DNA of 64,000 nucleotides from a bacterium (GTDB lineage Bacteria; JAAXHH01): NCBI GenBank assembly GCA_965202605.1, contig OZ241838.1, positions 3,325,008 to 3,389,007 of the forward strand, read 5' to 3'. Shown piece by piece: positions 9,194 to 20,083 of this stretch (position 1 is its first letter; each line of letters starts with the position of its first letter). The notes under the pieces were generated by a model. It saw only the letters and a program-made list of their open reading frames with translations, ran no database searches and was not told where the DNA came from. The position numbers and the translations under genes were made by a program.

Positions 9194-10542
9194 CAGTCCC
9201 CTTCCCGCCCGCGGATCAGCACCCGTATGGGCGAACCCTCGAATACGAAGGCCTCGCGGAGCCGGTTCGACAGGTAGCGCTTGTAGGAATCCGGTACCGC
9301 GTCTGGACGGTTCACGAAAAAAACGAAGGTGGGCGGAGCGATCTGCACCTGCGTGCAGTAAAGGATCCGGGTCGCCCGCCCGTCCGGTGCGGCCGGGGGC
9401 GGGTAATGGGCCGTGATGCGTTCCACGACGCGGTTCAGCTCGCCGGTGGATACCCGGAGCGATCGCATTTCGTGGACGTGCCGCGTCTTCTGCATGATCT
9501 GGGTCACGCCGCGGCGGGTCTCGGCCGACACGAACAGGATTGGCGCATAGTCGGCGAACCGGAGGTACTCCCTGGCCGTCTGGGTGTAGGCCTCGGTCGG
9601 ATGCTCGGTCCGGTCCACCAGGTCCCATTTGTTGAAGGCGATGACCAGTCCCTTCCCGGCCTCGTCCACCTGCGAGACGATCCGCTGTTCCTGTGTGGAC
9701 AGGCCGTCGACGGCGTCCACCAGGAGCACCGCCACGTCGCAACGCGCTATGCTCCGCATCGTGCGTGTGAAACTGTAGAACTCGATATCGCTTGAAATCC
9801 GGGCGCGGCGCCGGAGGCCCGCGGTGTCGATCAGGTTGAACTTCGCGCCCTGCCGGGTGATTTGCGTGTCCACCGAGTCCCGTGTCGTGCCGGGGACGTC
9901 GGAGACGATCGCGATGTCCCTGCCCACGATGGCGTTGACCAGGGACGATTTGCCCACGTTGGGCTTGCCCACGATCGCCACCTTGACTGCGCCGTCTTCC
10001 TCTTCGACGACGGGCGCGGGTTCGGGCATCTGTTCGGCCAGCAGGTCCATCAGATCTCCGGTATTCCGTCCCTTCAGGGCGGAGATCATCATGGGCTCGC
10101 CCAGCCCCAGGGCGCCGAACTCGTAGGCGTGGTTCTCCTGCGCGCCGCTGTCCACCTTGTTGGCGACGACGATGACCTGCTTGCCGGCCCTTCGGACGAC
10201 TTCGGCCGCCTTCTGGTCCAGGGGCGTTATGCCCGCGCGGACGTCCGTGACCAGCAGGATCACGTCGGCTTCGCTGACGGCCAGCCGGGCCTGCTGCTCG
10301 ATGGCCGCCTCCATGGGCTCGTCGGATTCCGGGACGAGGCCCCCCGTGTCCACCACGGTGAACTTCTTCCCGAACCAGTCGGCCTCGGCGTAGTGCCGGT
10401 CCCGCGTGATGCCCGGTGCGTCGTGCACGATGGCGTCGCGGCGGCCGATCATCCGGTTGAACAGCACCGACTTGCCCACGTTGGGACGGCCTATGATGGC
10501 GATGACGGAAGACATGGCGGTTTGTAGTCCTGTTGCGACCAT
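9193..10542 (-). CDS. der: Ribosome-biogenesis GTPase Der (EngA), tandem GTPase domains
   Basis: Two G-domains each with a GxPNVGKS P-loop plus a KH-like C-terminus. True start may be the ATG at 10515 (MSSVIAIIGRPNVGKS). Confidence 0.9.
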   Translation of the reverse strand: MVATGLQTAMSSVIAIIGRPNVGKSVLFNRMIGRRDAIVHDAPGITRDRHYAEADWFGKKFTVVDTGGLVPESDEPMEAAIEQQARLAVSEADVILLVTDVRAGITPLDQKAAEVVRRAGKQVIVVANKVDSGAQENHAYEFGALGLGEPMMISALKGRNTGDLMDLLAEQMPEPAPVVEEEDGAVKVAIVGKPNVGKSSLVNAIVGRDIAIVSDVPGTTRDSVDTQITRQGAKFNLIDTAGLRRRARISSDIEFYSFTRTMRSIARCDVAVLLVDAVDGLSTQEQRIVSQVDEAGKGLVIAFNKWDLVDRTEHPTEAYTQTAREYLRFADYAPILFVSAETRRGVTQIMQKTRHVHEMRSLRVSTGELNRVVERITAHYPPPAAPDGRATRILYCTQVQIAPPTFVFFVNRPDAVPDSYKRYLSNRLREAFVFEGSPIRVLIRGREGD

Positions 10543-10546
10543 AGGT

Positions 10547-11845
10547 TCAGCGCGGTTCGCCCGCGGGTTGCAGCCCGGGAAGCGCTCCCACGGACTCCGG
10601 GAACAACTCCACCGGTGCGCCGACCCGCTCGCTCAGCCCGGGCAGGGTCGTGTCGTCCAGCAGCAGCCCGTCGTCGTTCAGCACGTTCGGCGGGAGGTAC
10701 ACGCGGTCTCCTACCTGTTCGTTCTCCAGCGCCCGGACGATGTCCTGGCCGGTCAGCAGTCCCGACACGGTGATGCCCGGTCCGAAGAAGGTGTTGGAAG
10801 CGACGACCAGGTTCGCTTCGACGTTGTCCACCCGGTTCAGCGGTTCCACGAGCGACGTCCTCACCACGTCCCGGGCCAGTTCGGCGGTAACGAGCGTCGT
10901 CCGGAGCGGCTCGGCCGCCCGGTCGGGCAGCGCGCGCGTCTGCTCCGCCATATCGGTTTCGAACTGCGTGACCATGCCGACGCCGTTCTCCACGACGGGA
11001 CAGTCCGCGTAGAAGGACGGCGGAGGCAGGGGCGTGGAAGACATCAGGTACCATTCGTCGGACAGATACACCAGCGGATGGCCCAGGCGTTCACGGAGCT
11101 CCTCCTGCCATGCGCCGACCGTGTCGATCATGCGCCGCGCGTAGTCCACGGTGACCGGTTCGAGGTGGTACAGGCCGCGCCGGTGTTCGGTCAGGCCGAC
11201 GGGCACGATGGAGATCGACTCCACCGCCGGATACAGTTCGGCCAGGTCGTCCACGGTCTTCCTCAGCGCCGCGCCGTCGTTGAGCCCGGGACAGAGGACG
11301 ATCTGCGTCTCGATCAGGATGCCGCCCCCGGCCAGCCGGCGGAGAATGGGCATGACGTCCTTGGCCTTGGGCGCGCCCAGCAGCATCCGCCGCAGCTCCG
11401 GGTCCGTGGCGTGGACCGACACGTAGATCGGGCTCAGGCGCTGCACGATGATTCTGTCCAGATAGGCGTCGGACGCGAAGGCCAGCGTCACGTAATTGCC
11501 GTACAGGAACGTGAGGCGGACGTCCTCGTCCTGGAAGTAGACGGCCTTGCGCATGCCCTTCGGGTTCTGGTGGATGAAACAGAACACGCACTTGTTGGCG
11601 CAGGACTGGTAGGGCGGTTCGTGAAGGGCCAGTCCCAGGTCTTCGTCCGGGTCCTTTTCGACATCGATCAGCACCCGGCTTCCGTTCGCCTGGAGCACGT
11701 CCAGTTCAAGCACGTCCTCACTGGACCAGAACCGGTAGTCGAGAGAATCCCTGACCCGGGCCTGATTGATCCGGATCAACCGGTCTCCGGGCACGAGACC
11801 GACGTGTTCCGCGATGCTGTCCGGTAGTACCTGTTCGATACGCAT
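10547..11845 (-). CDS. DUF512-family protein (PDZ domain plus radical-SAM-like domain)
   Basis: N-terminal PDZ-like region and Cys-rich segment (CANKCVFCF). Likely ATG at 11845; the ORF track starts 4 codons earlier at GTG. Confidence 0.55.
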   Translation of the reverse strand: MRIEQVLPDSIAEHVGLVPGDRLIRINQARVRDSLDYRFWSSEDVLELDVLQANGSRVLIDVEKDPDEDLGLALHEPPYQSCANKCVFCFIHQNPKGMRKAVYFQDEDVRLTFLYGNYVTLAFASDAYLDRIIVQRLSPIYVSVHATDPELRRMLLGAPKAKDVMPILRRLAGGGILIETQIVLCPGLNDGAALRKTVDDLAELYPAVESISIVPVGLTEHRRGLYHLEPVTVDYARRMIDTVGAWQEELRERLGHPLVYLSDEWYLMSSTPLPPPSFYADCPVVENGVGMVTQFETDMAEQTRALPDRAAEPLRTTLVTAELARDVVRTSLVEPLNRVDNVEANLVVASNTFFGPGITVSGLLTGQDIVRALENEQVGDRVYLPPNVLNDDGLLLDDTTLPGLSERVGAPVELFPESVGALPGLQPAGEPR

Positions 11846-12222
11846 ATCACATAACACTTTGAAATTGCTGCAACAAAAACAGGGTCATCACAAGCAATCG
11901 TTCAGGTATCTCCAATAACAAATTGCGACCCTTGACAATATAGAGAATCGGACTCTTCCTGTCAAGGAGATTGGGGCGTCTTGGGGGTCGCTGACGGGGC
12001 GTTCCGCCAGCCGGTAAATCAACCCGTTCCACAATGGACTTTTTGCTTGCCCGAAACCCGCTTCCAGGGCTATATTGGATGCGTTGGCCCATGCGATGGC
12101 TGCGACGGTGCAAGTATTTGAATTTACAGAAAATAAGGTTTTAAGGGCCGTTAAGGGACTTGCTGGCGCGCAAGGGAGGCGAGCCGTGCCGGATCGCCCT
12201 TCGTGATGGCCGGGGAACAGTC

Positions 12223-13623
12223 ATGCCTGCCAAAACCATGTACGAGAAGGTCTGGGACCGGCACCTGGTCAGGGAGATGGGCGACGGGCTCGCCGTGCTC
12301 TACATCGACGCCCACCTGATCCACGAGGTGACCTCTCCGCAGGCCTTCGAGGGACTGCGAGCCGCCGGCCGGAAGGTGAGGCGGCCGGATCTGACCTACG
12401 CGACGATGGACCACAACGTGCCCACCACCGACCGGTCTCTGCCCATGACCGACGAGGTCGCCCGGCTCCAGGTGGACATGCTGGTCCGGAACTGCGAGGA
12501 GTTCGGCGTACCCCTGTACGACCTCGATTCGCCGCGCAACGGCATCGTGCACGTGATCGGGCCCGAACTGGGCATCACGCAGCCGGGCAAGACCATGGTC
12601 TGCGGCGACAGCCACACGTCCACCCACGGCGCCTTCGGCGCGCTGGCCTTCGGCATCGGCACCAGCGAGGTCGAGCACGTCATGGCCACGCAGTGCCTGC
12701 TTCAGAAGCGTTCCAGGACCTTCGAGATCCGGATCGACGGGACATTGAGCGAGGGCGTGACGGCCAAGGACATCATCCTGAACATCATCCGTCGCACGGG
12801 CACGGCCGGGGGCACGGGCATGGTCATAGAATACACGGGAAGCACCGTCCGAAGCCTGTCCATGGACGAGCGGATGACAATCTGCAACATGTCCATCGAA
12901 CTGGGCGCGCGGGCCGGCCTCATCGCGCCCGACGACACGACGTTTGAGTACCTGGCCGGTCGCGAGTTCGCTCCGAAAGGCGCGGGATTCGACCGGGCCG
13001 TGGACCGCTGGCGAGGCCTGGCGACCGACGATGAAGCCGGATTCGATGAGCGCCTCACGCTGCACGCGGACGAGATCGTTCCCCAGGTGACCTGGGGCAC
13101 CAATCCCGGCATGGTTACAGACGTGACCGGCGTAGTGCCCGATCCCGGCGGGATGGCCAGCGAGAACGACCGGCGCGCCGCGGAAAAGGCGCTGGCCTAC
13201 ATGGCGCTGGAACCGAACACGTCTATCACGGATATCGAAGTGGACCGGGTATTCATCGGAAGCTGCACCAATTCCCGCCTCAGCGACCTGCGCGCGGCCG
13301 CGGAAGTCATCAAGGGCCGCCGCGTATCGCCGAGGGTCACCGCCCTGGTGGTACCCGGTTCCCACTCGGTAAAGCGGCAGGCGGAATCCGAGGGCCTGGA
13401 CCGGGTCTTCAAGGAGGCCGGGTTCGAGTGGCGCGAGGCCGGATGCAGCATGTGCCTGGGCATGAACCCGGACATCCTGCAGCCCGGCGAGCGGTGCGCC
13501 AGTACCTCCAATCGCAATTTCGAGGGTCGGCAGGGCCGGAACGGAAGGACGCACCTGGTCAGTCCGGCCATGGCCGCGGCGGCGGCCGTCGCCGGCCATT
13601 TCGTCGACGTGAGAAACTGGTAG
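12223..13623 (+). CDS. leuC: 3-isopropylmalate dehydratase large subunit
   Basis: Aconitase-family large-subunit motifs. ATG at 12223 ([14 protein letters not shown]). Confidence 0.9.
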   Translation: MPAKTMYEKVWDRHLVREMGDGLAVLYIDAHLIHEVTSPQAFEGLRAAGRKVRRPDLTYATMDHNVPTTDRSLPMTDEVARLQVDMLVRNCEEFGVPLYDLDSPRNGIVHVIGPELGITQPGKTMVCGDSHTSTHGAFGALAFGIGTSEVEHVMATQCLLQKRSRTFEIRIDGTLSEGVTAKDIILNIIRRTGTAGGTGMVIEYTGSTVRSLSMDERMTICNMSIELGARAGLIAPDDTTFEYLAGREFAPKGAGFDRAVDRWRGLATDDEAGFDERLTLHADEIVPQVTWGTNPGMVTDVTGVVPDPGGMASENDRRAAEKALAYMALEPNTSITDIEVDRVFIGSCTNSRLSDLRAAAEVIKGRRVSPRVTALVVPGSHSVKRQAESEGLDRVFKEAGFEWREAGCSMCLGMNPDILQPGERCASTSNRNFEGRQGRNGRTHLVSPAMAAAAAVAGHFVDVRNW

Positions 13624-13647
13624 GGCACACCGGAAACGGAGCAAGGC

Positions 13648-14244
13648 ATGGCGGAACCCTTTACCCGGCACACCGGCCTGGTCGCCCCCCTGGACCGGAT
13701 CAACGTGGACACGGACCAGATCATCCCCAAGCAGTTCCTGAAGCGTATCGAACGCACCGGCTTCGGCCAGTTCCTGTTCTACGACTGGCGTTTCACGGGC
13801 GACGGCTCGTCCGATCCCGGTTTCGTGCTCAACGAAGACCGGTACCGGGGCGCTACGATCCTGGTTGCCGGGGACAATTTCGGCTGCGGGAGTTCCCGCG
13901 AGCACGCGCCCTGGGCGTTGCAGGACTACGGCTTTCGCGTCATCATCGCACCATCCTTCGCGGACATTTTCTACAACAACTGCTTCAAAAACGGACTGCT
14001 TCCCGTCGTGCTGCCCGCCGGTACCGTGCGCCGTATGCTCGAAAGCGCCGCGGAGCAGCCCCGCTATACGGTTTCGGTAGACCTCGAACGGCAGGTCGTC
14101 ACCGAACCGGACGGCGCCTCCGACCGGTTCGAGGTCGATCCCTTTCGCAAGACCTTTATCCTGAAGGGTCTGGACGAAATCGGCTGGACCCTGCAATACG
14201 AGGATGACATCGCGGCGTATGAACGTACCCAGCGTACCGGTTGA
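13648..14244 (+). CDS. leuD: 3-isopropylmalate dehydratase small subunit
   Basis: Aconitase swivel-domain sequence, immediately downstream of leuC. Confidence 0.9.
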   Translation: MAEPFTRHTGLVAPLDRINVDTDQIIPKQFLKRIERTGFGQFLFYDWRFTGDGSSDPGFVLNEDRYRGATILVAGDNFGCGSSREHAPWALQDYGFRVIIAPSFADIFYNNCFKNGLLPVVLPAGTVRRMLESAAEQPRYTVSVDLERQVVTEPDGASDRFEVDPFRKTFILKGLDEIGWTLQYEDDIAAYERTQRTG

Positions 14245-17029
14245 CCAGCTCCTTGCGCTGTCCAGGGCCAGCGACCAGATGTTGCGCAGCGTGTTCCACC
14301 GGGACCATGACGCCACGTTGCGCACGGTGACCCGGTGCGTCCACGATCTGCTCGACGCCGAGTACTGCAGCATCTTCCTGGTCCCGGAGGACGCGCCCCA
14401 CGAACTGGCGCTGGCGGCGCAGTACTCGGACCAGTCCGGCCACGACGACCCGCCGCCCGTACGCTTGCAGATTCACAGCGCGCCGAAGGGCGGCATGACG
14501 GGGCATATCGCCGACCAGGGAGACGTCGTCCGTCTGCACGGGGAGCAGATCACCGGAAGCCCCTTCCACACCGGCAACGCGCGCGAGTACCTGGCCGGCA
14601 AGCGGTTGCGGTCTCTCCTTGCCATACCGCTCAAAGACCACAAAGGCGTCGTCCTGGGACTCGTCAAGGCGGAGAACAAGAAGCTGCCGGGCGGCGTCCT
14701 CTCGGAAACCGGCTTCGACGAGGCCGACGAATACATCGCCCGGATCCTGGCGAACAAGATCGTCATCGTCCTGGAGCACCTGAGGACGGTCTCCGTCAAC
14801 CGCGACCTGATACACGCCATCCACACCACCCGGGACCGCGTGTCCATGCTCGACGAGATCCTGGAGCGCAGCCGGGCGCTGGTCCGCGCCGACCGGGGCG
14901 ATTTCGTCTCCTGGAACGAGACGCTGGGCGATCTGGTCATCGCCGCACAACTGGGAGAGGACACCTTTCCAGTCGGCCGTCCCGCTCCCGGTCCCAGCAT
15001 CGTGCGCCGCCTATGGGAAGATCCTTCATTGACGGAGATCCGCGTCCCGGACGTATCGGCCGAACCGGACTATCACGCCATGGATGGCAGGACGAAAGGC
15101 CAGATGGCGGTCAAACTCCAGTTCGAGGGCAGGCAGATCGGCATCCTGAGCGTCGAATCCTACGAGGCGGACGCCTTTGACGACCACGACCTGGAGATGT
15201 TGCACTGGCTCGCCCATTACGCCGCGATCGCCTATCACGTCGTCGGACGGGAAGCCCAGTTCAGGGGCATCGTGCAACGCCTGGTCGAACAGTCTCCGCC
15301 CCGCGACGAGATCCTGAACCGGATACTCGTCAGCGTGCGGTCGATCTACGGGTTTACGGACGGCATCATCTACATCGTCGACTACGCGGACCGGATGCTC
15401 CACTGCCTGTCCTATATCGGCTGCGAGGGTTTCGACGGCGATCTTTCCCGCCTGAGCTTCCGTTTCGACGAGAAAGCGCTGGCGACCAAGGCGTTCCGGG
15501 AACGGAAGAGCTATCTTTGCGTCGATCCCCAGTCGGATCCCCAGATCAGCCCCCGCGCCCTGCGCATACTGAAATTCGACGTGCCCATCGTCGTCATGCC
15601 GCTGCTCTACGATCAGAAGGTCGTGGGCGTATTCACCCTCTGGAGCCAGAGCGGCCAGGTCACGCCCGGCGAGCGCCATCTGAGCGAAATGGAGCCCTTT
15701 GCCCGGCTCGCCGCCGCGAACATCGCGCTGTCGGAGACCGAGCGGCACCGCAGCACGGTCCTGGAATCCATCCAGGAGATCCTGACCCTGATGCAGACCG
15801 AGTTGTCCAGAGAAAAGAACCTGCGTCTCATTCTCCACGGCGTGCAGATGGCCGGCTTCGACCGGGTGCGCATATTCGAAGTCGACGAAACGGGAGAAAA
15901 GCTGGTGGGTATCGATTCGGTCGGCATGGACGATCCGGACGGCTTCATGGGCTATACGATCGCCATCGAGGACAATCCTTACACGGACTTCGTAGCCAGG
16001 CAGTCCAGGACCAGGCCCTCGGCCTGCTGGTTCGACCCCGCCGATCCCCCGTTCCGCGGCCGCTCTCCCGACGCGGCGGCGCTTGGCAAGGACGACGACC
16101 TGCCCTGGCTGGCCGTGCCGCTGGTCATCGCGGGACAGTTCTACGGTCTGATCGGCGCGGACAACGCGCGTACCCGCCGCGAGATCACCCGGGACCACCT
16201 GGAATTCATGACGGTCATCGGCGCCCTGGCCGCGCAGGTGATCGCCAACGCGCAGACGGTCGAACTCCTGCGCGACCGCACCCGCGCCGAGGCACGGAGC
16301 GAACTGGCCCAGCGGACGCTACATGCGTTGAAGACGCCGACGATGGCCACGCAGATCTTCCTCAGGCATCTCAACCAGGCGGTCGACGGAGAAACGCCGC
16401 ACGACGGAGAAACGCCGCACGACGGAGAAACGCCGCACGACGGAGAAACGCCGCGCGACGGCCAGACGAAGCAGCTCATGGACAAGATCCGTGGACAGGT
16501 AGACCGTATCGCCGCCATCGCCGAGGACATGCAGCGCCTGACCAAGCTGACCCTTACGCCGAAGCGGCGGGTGGATATCAACGACCTCGTGCGGCGCACG
16601 GTCATGGACGGCTTGATCGGAGATGCCTGCCAGGCGGATTTCGATTTCGTGGATCCGCCGCCCTTCGCCGAGGTCAACGTGGAGGAGGTCGACCAGGTGA
16701 TCACCGAACTGACCGGCAACGCCTGGAAGGTCATGGGGTACAGCGGACGCATCCACGTTTCCACGCGGCTCGGCTCCGCTTCGCAGTATCCCCGGCTACG
16801 CCGGAAGAGGGGCCGGTACGTATTGATCGACGTCCGAGACACGGGGCCTGGAATTCCCGAAGCCGTGCTCAGGGATCTATTCAACCCGGGCGTGTCCACC
16901 ACGGGCGGTTCGGGGCTCGGGCTCTATGCCATCCGGACCATCGCCGCGGAACACCAGGGCGAGGTCTGGCTCGAGGACACGGGTCCGGGCGGCGCCACTT
17001 TTACCTTTGCCCTGCCCGTGGCGAACTGA
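14204..17029 (+). CDS. Multi-GAF-domain sensor histidine kinase
   Basis: Several GAF-like modules followed by an H-box (LHALKTP) and HATPase_c motifs (DTGPGIP...GGSGLGL). ORF start overlaps leuD; a more likely start is the ATG at 14279. Confidence 0.75.
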   Translation: MTSRRMNVPSVPVDQLLALSRASDQMLRSVFHRDHDATLRTVTRCVHDLLDAEYCSIFLVPEDAPHELALAAQYSDQSGHDDPPPVRLQIHSAPKGGMTGHIADQGDVVRLHGEQITGSPFHTGNAREYLAGKRLRSLLAIPLKDHKGVVLGLVKAENKKLPGGVLSETGFDEADEYIARILANKIVIVLEHLRTVSVNRDLIHAIHTTRDRVSMLDEILERSRALVRADRGDFVSWNETLGDLVIAAQLGEDTFPVGRPAPGPSIVRRLWEDPSLTEIRVPDVSAEPDYHAMDGRTKGQMAVKLQFEGRQIGILSVESYEADAFDDHDLEMLHWLAHYAAIAYHVVGREAQFRGIVQRLVEQSPPRDEILNRILVSVRSIYGFTDGIIYIVDYADRMLHCLSYIGCEGFDGDLSRLSFRFDEKALATKAFRERKSYLCVDPQSDPQISPRALRILKFDVPIVVMPLLYDQKVVGVFTLWSQSGQVTPGERHLSEMEPFARLAAANIALSETERHRSTVLESIQEILTLMQTELSREKNLRLILHGVQMAGFDRVRIFEVDETGEKLVGIDSVGMDDPDGFMGYTIAIEDNPYTDFVARQSRTRPSACWFDPADPPFRGRSPDAAALGKDDDLPWLAVPLVIAGQFYGLIGADNARTRREITRDHLEFMTVIGALAAQVIANAQTVELLRDRTRAEARSELAQRTLHALKTPTMATQIFLRHLNQAVDGETPHDGETPHDGETPHDGETPRDGQTKQLMDKIRGQVDRIAAIAEDMQRLTKLTLTPKRRVDINDLVRRTVMDGLIGDACQADFDFVDPPPFAEVNVEEVDQVITELTGNAWKVMGYSGRIHVSTRLGSASQYPRLRRKRGRYVLIDVRDTGPGIPEAVLRDLFNPGVSTTGGSGLGLYAIRTIAAEHQGEVWLEDTGPGGATFTFALPVAN
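16385..16456. repeat. 18-bp tandem repeat x4 (gacggagaaacgccgcac) inside the kinase gene
   Basis: Read directly. Encodes (DGETPH)x4 between the GAF region and the kinase core. Confidence 0.9.
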
Positions 17030-17041
17030 ACGGCGGACGCT

Positions 17042-18205
17042 ATGGCGAAACCCCTTATTCTCCTCCTCGACGACGACACCGCCATGCTGGACGCGGTCAC
17101 GCTCGATCTCGGACCCGCCTTCGACGTGATCTGCGCCACCGGGGTGGAGGAGTGCGTCGACAAGATCAGTCATGCCCGCGGCGCCGTGGAAGTGGCGGTC
17201 ATCGACATGTGGCTTGAAACGGACCGGGAGGGCGGCCTGGAGGCGATCCGGCGTGCCAGGACCTGCGAGTCTCCTCCCGAATGCATCGTATTGACGGCCT
17301 ACGGCACCTACGCCAACATCGTCAAGTGCATGGAAGCCGGCGCCTTCAGCTACGTGGAGAAATCGGGCCGCGCCGCCGACGACACCACCGGTCTGCTGAT
17401 CACGACGATCCACAGGGCGGTGGAAACCCGCCGCCTGAAGCAACTCGAGGCGGCCCAGGAGCAGATCAAGGCGGATGAGCGCATCAAGCAGGATCTGCAG
17501 CGCGCCTACGAGATCCAGCAGTCGCTGCTGCCTCCAGGAGACCTGCGTCACGCCGGCATGCATTTCAGCGGTTACTGCCGTCCGGCCGAGAACGTGGGAG
17601 GCGATTACTACGATTACTTCCTGCTGCCCGACGACCGGGTCGGCCTGCTGATCGGCGACGTGACCGGACACGGGTTCGACGCGAGTCTGATCATGGCCGT
17701 GGCGTGCAGCTGCCGGTCCACCCAGACCCGGATAGACCCGGACGTGGCGCCGGTCATGGACGCTCTCAACCGGATCGTGCAGACGACCGGACCGGACTGG
17801 CGGCTGATGACGGCGTGCTACCTCCTGATCGATCCGTCGAACCGCCGCTATTTCTATGCCAACGCCGGCCACCATTTCCCTTTCCACTACCAGGCGGACA
17901 CCGGGAAGGTCGAACCGATGGAATCGACCGGACTGCCGCTCGGCGTAGATGCGGATATCCCCTTCCCGGTCGTCGAGCGGTCCTGGACCCCGGGCGACAC
18001 GCTGGTCCTGTTTTCGGACGGGATCGTCGAAGCGGAAAACGCCGCGGGGGACATATTCGGTGAAGACCGGTTGCAGGACCTGGTGGAATCCCATGGACGC
18101 GAATCGCCGCCGGACCTGAAGCAGCGGATCATCGACGCGGTGGAAGCCTTCAGCCAGGGCGTACCGTTTCTGGACGACGTGACGCTCGTCGTGGCGAAGC
18201 TCTGA
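17042..18205 (+). CDS. Response regulator with PP2C-type (SpoIIE/RsbU-like) phosphatase output domain
   Basis: N-terminal receiver domain (LLLDDD...D) and C-terminal PP2C signature (GDYYDYF...GDVTGHGFDAS...FSDG). Starts 12 bp after the kinase stop. Confidence 0.8.
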   Translation: MAKPLILLLDDDTAMLDAVTLDLGPAFDVICATGVEECVDKISHARGAVEVAVIDMWLETDREGGLEAIRRARTCESPPECIVLTAYGTYANIVKCMEAGAFSYVEKSGRAADDTTGLLITTIHRAVETRRLKQLEAAQEQIKADERIKQDLQRAYEIQQSLLPPGDLRHAGMHFSGYCRPAENVGGDYYDYFLLPDDRVGLLIGDVTGHGFDASLIMAVACSCRSTQTRIDPDVAPVMDALNRIVQTTGPDWRLMTACYLLIDPSNRRYFYANAGHHFPFHYQADTGKVEPMESTGLPLGVDADIPFPVVERSWTPGDTLVLFSDGIVEAENAAGDIFGEDRLQDLVESHGRESPPDLKQRIIDAVEAFSQGVPFLDDVTLVVAKL

Positions 18206-18241
18206 GCATGCTGTCCTGCCCAACGCCGCGCCGAAACGCCA

Positions 18242-18892
18242 GTGAGACGCCGCGCTGATCGTGGACCGCGCCGAAACGACAGGATGAAATCCGGGGCGAA
18301 TCCCAATACCATGTGCGTGAAGATCGTCGAAGAGCCCTTGTCCAGCCTGACTGAATATGGCGCCGTGCCCATCGCCTTCGAGGTGAGCACGCGATTTCGA
18401 CCCGTTTCGGCGGAAAGCGGCCTGGGCGGCATCAGGCTGGTGGAAGAACCGGTTGATCCGCCCTACATAAAGGACTACGACGCCACGTCCGAAGAGGGCC
18501 CGGCCCGGTGGCTCAGGCGGTGGAAGTGGGACACGTCGTCGTGGGGACTGCTCGCGGCCTACGAAGGTTCACGGCGGGTGGGCGGCGCGGTACTGGCCCG
18601 GCGCTCGCCGAACGTGAACATGCTGGAGGAACGGGACGACCTGGCGGTGCTCTGGGACCTGCGCGTCCACCCCGACCACAGGGGTGCCGGTGTGGGGCGG
18701 AGAATCTTCAAAGCCTCCGTGGACTGGGCAAGACGGCACGGTTGCGTGGAACTGAAGATCGAAACCCAGGATATCAACGTCCCGGCGTGCCGTTTCTACG
18801 CGCGCCAGGGATGCCGTTTAAGCGCCATCATCTCCCACGCCTACGCGGAATGCCCCGACGAGGCCCAGTTGATCTGGCGGCTGGCGCTGTGA
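18242..18892 (+). CDS. GNAT-family N-acetyltransferase
   Basis: GNAT motif region (VHPDHRGAGVGRRIF...ARQGC). True start probably the ATG at 18284 or 18311. Confidence 0.55.
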   Translation: MRRRADRGPRRNDRMKSGANPNTMCVKIVEEPLSSLTEYGAVPIAFEVSTRFRPVSAESGLGGIRLVEEPVDPPYIKDYDATSEEGPARWLRRWKWDTSSWGLLAAYEGSRRVGGAVLARRSPNVNMLEERDDLAVLWDLRVHPDHRGAGVGRRIFKASVDWARRHGCVELKIETQDINVPACRFYARQGCRLSAIISHAYAECPDEAQLIWRLAL

Positions 18893-18908
18893 TGGGATCG
18901 GCCGACTT

Positions 18909-19115
18909 TCAGTGACTGTCGTCGGGATAGACCATGTCGGTCGCCTTGCCGGCCAGGTCGTAGCGATAGAAGACGTCCTTTTCGGGCAGCGTATCGATGG
19001 CTATTGGACAGTCTTCGGGACCTCGGCCGACGCGAACGGAGTCTATCGTCTGCTCACCCCGGCCGCTGAAGAGGGTGAATCGGACCTGGGCATGTGACAC
19101 TCCTTTCAAACACAA
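18909..19115 (-). pseudogene. Rhs/YD-repeat gene remnant
   Basis: ORF ends ...IAIDTLPEKDVFYRYDLAGKATDMVYPDD, matching an internal YD-repeat segment of the downstream Rhs genes (DNA 18915-19000 resembles 21790-21880 and 26215-26300). Homology is only about 90 bp. Confidence 0.55.
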
Positions 19116-19242
19116 GAGATAACATGTCCGCTAAAACGGGTCAACTCCAACTTCACTTCGAACAGCAATTACATATCGAGGACCCATCTTAAAGATCACA
19201 ATCTGTGTCGCGGTCAAGGGTGCGGTACACGTGTTATCTCCT

Positions 19243-19728
19243 TCACAGTGTACAGAACCCTCTTTTTTTGCGCTCGATTTCTACACCTTTCAATTGTCCA
19301 AAAACCTCGTCCATCTTGGGCATTAACAAACTGGTAATGATCATTTCATCTCCAGATCGCAGTAACAAGCGAGCGTAGTAATAACGTTCCACTGTAAAGA
19401 ACGTCATTCCTCCCTTGTCCATGCTTGCAGATTTGTAAACAATGTATTTTTCTATATCATCTATGTTGTATGTCTCTTCCCCCCCGGCTGTGTATCGTAT
19501 GATTTCATTTCGGGTCACTACATATTCTTCCTTGCGATTTTTACGCCAATACTGCAGGTGCAGGTACAGAGTAGGGAGAAAATCCAAAAGGAAAACAATA
19601 CCAAATATAACAATTGCGTCCATTGCAAATTCAAACCAAGCAACGATAGCTATTAACATTACCCAAAACACAAAAGCAGAATAAAGTGGTATGAAATGAT
19701 TTCTTAGATCAATGCCGTACCTTTTCAT
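19243..19728 (-). CDS. Small membrane protein, candidate Rhs-toxin immunity protein (paralog of 23649..24146)
   Basis: 161 aa, two N-terminal hydrophobic helices. Clearly homologous but diverged from the 165-aa protein at 23649..24146. Lies downstream of an Rhs C-terminal domain in a lower-GC patch. Confidence 0.5.
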   Translation of the reverse strand: MKRYGIDLRNHFIPLYSAFVFWVMLIAIVAWFEFAMDAIVIFGIVFLLDFLPTLYLHLQYWRKNRKEEYVVTRNEIIRYTAGGEETYNIDDIEKYIVYKSASMDKGGMTFFTVERYYYARLLLRSGDEMIITSLLMPKMDEVFGQLKGVEIERKKRGFCTL

Positions 19729-19978
19729 TCACATATCTCCGGCAGGTTATGTTTCCTCTAGTTTTCACGGGCAACAAGCATTGGGTTGGATTCAAGAGAG
19801 GCCTTGAACCTAAATCGTTAAATCCTGGTCAAAAAGACGGAACAAGGCTTATAGCGTCCATTGGACCAGTGAAGTCCTTGATGTTCACGAATAGTAGCGA
19901 GGCTATCTTTGGCTTTGGAATTAAAGCATCTTCGATCAGCAATTTGCTTTTCTTGTTTGTAAACAAGCTTTTTGTACA

Positions 19979-20010
19979 GGGCTCTGCCGTGGCAATCTTC
20001 GGCAGAGCCC
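19979..20010. repeat. Inverted repeat (11-bp stem, 10-nt loop) between the Rhs toxin domain and the candidate immunity gene
   Basis: gggctctgccg ... cggcagagccc read directly. A related gggctctg...cagagccc dyad sits at 24391-24422 in the paralogous unit. Confidence 0.5.
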
Positions 20011-20083
20011 TCAAACTGTCAGACACCTGTTTACCCACAAGCACAGGCCTCAGGGAAACAATGTATCTCTGTGTGCGTGTTGT

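Noticed and set aside
9194-9742. Upstream extension of the MerR ORF (8771..9742)
   Set aside because: Overlaps der on the same strand in another frame and is Arg/Pro-rich; the MerR HTH begins at the ATG at 9193.
12151-14373. 740-aa minus-strand ORF spanning leuC and leuD
   Set aside because: Antisense to two strongly supported biosynthetic genes; low-complexity composition.
16385-16456. Possible CRISPR array (this and the other tandem repeats at 8652, 8865 and 34638)
   Set aside because: Repeat units are contiguous with no unique spacers, are short and lie in frame within coding sequence; the large Rhs duplications are gene copies, not repeat-spacer arrays.
15517-17217. 566-aa plus-strand Arg-rich ORF within the histidine kinase region
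   Set aside because: Out-of-frame with the kinase and dominated by Arg/Gly/Pro; GC-rich frame artefact.
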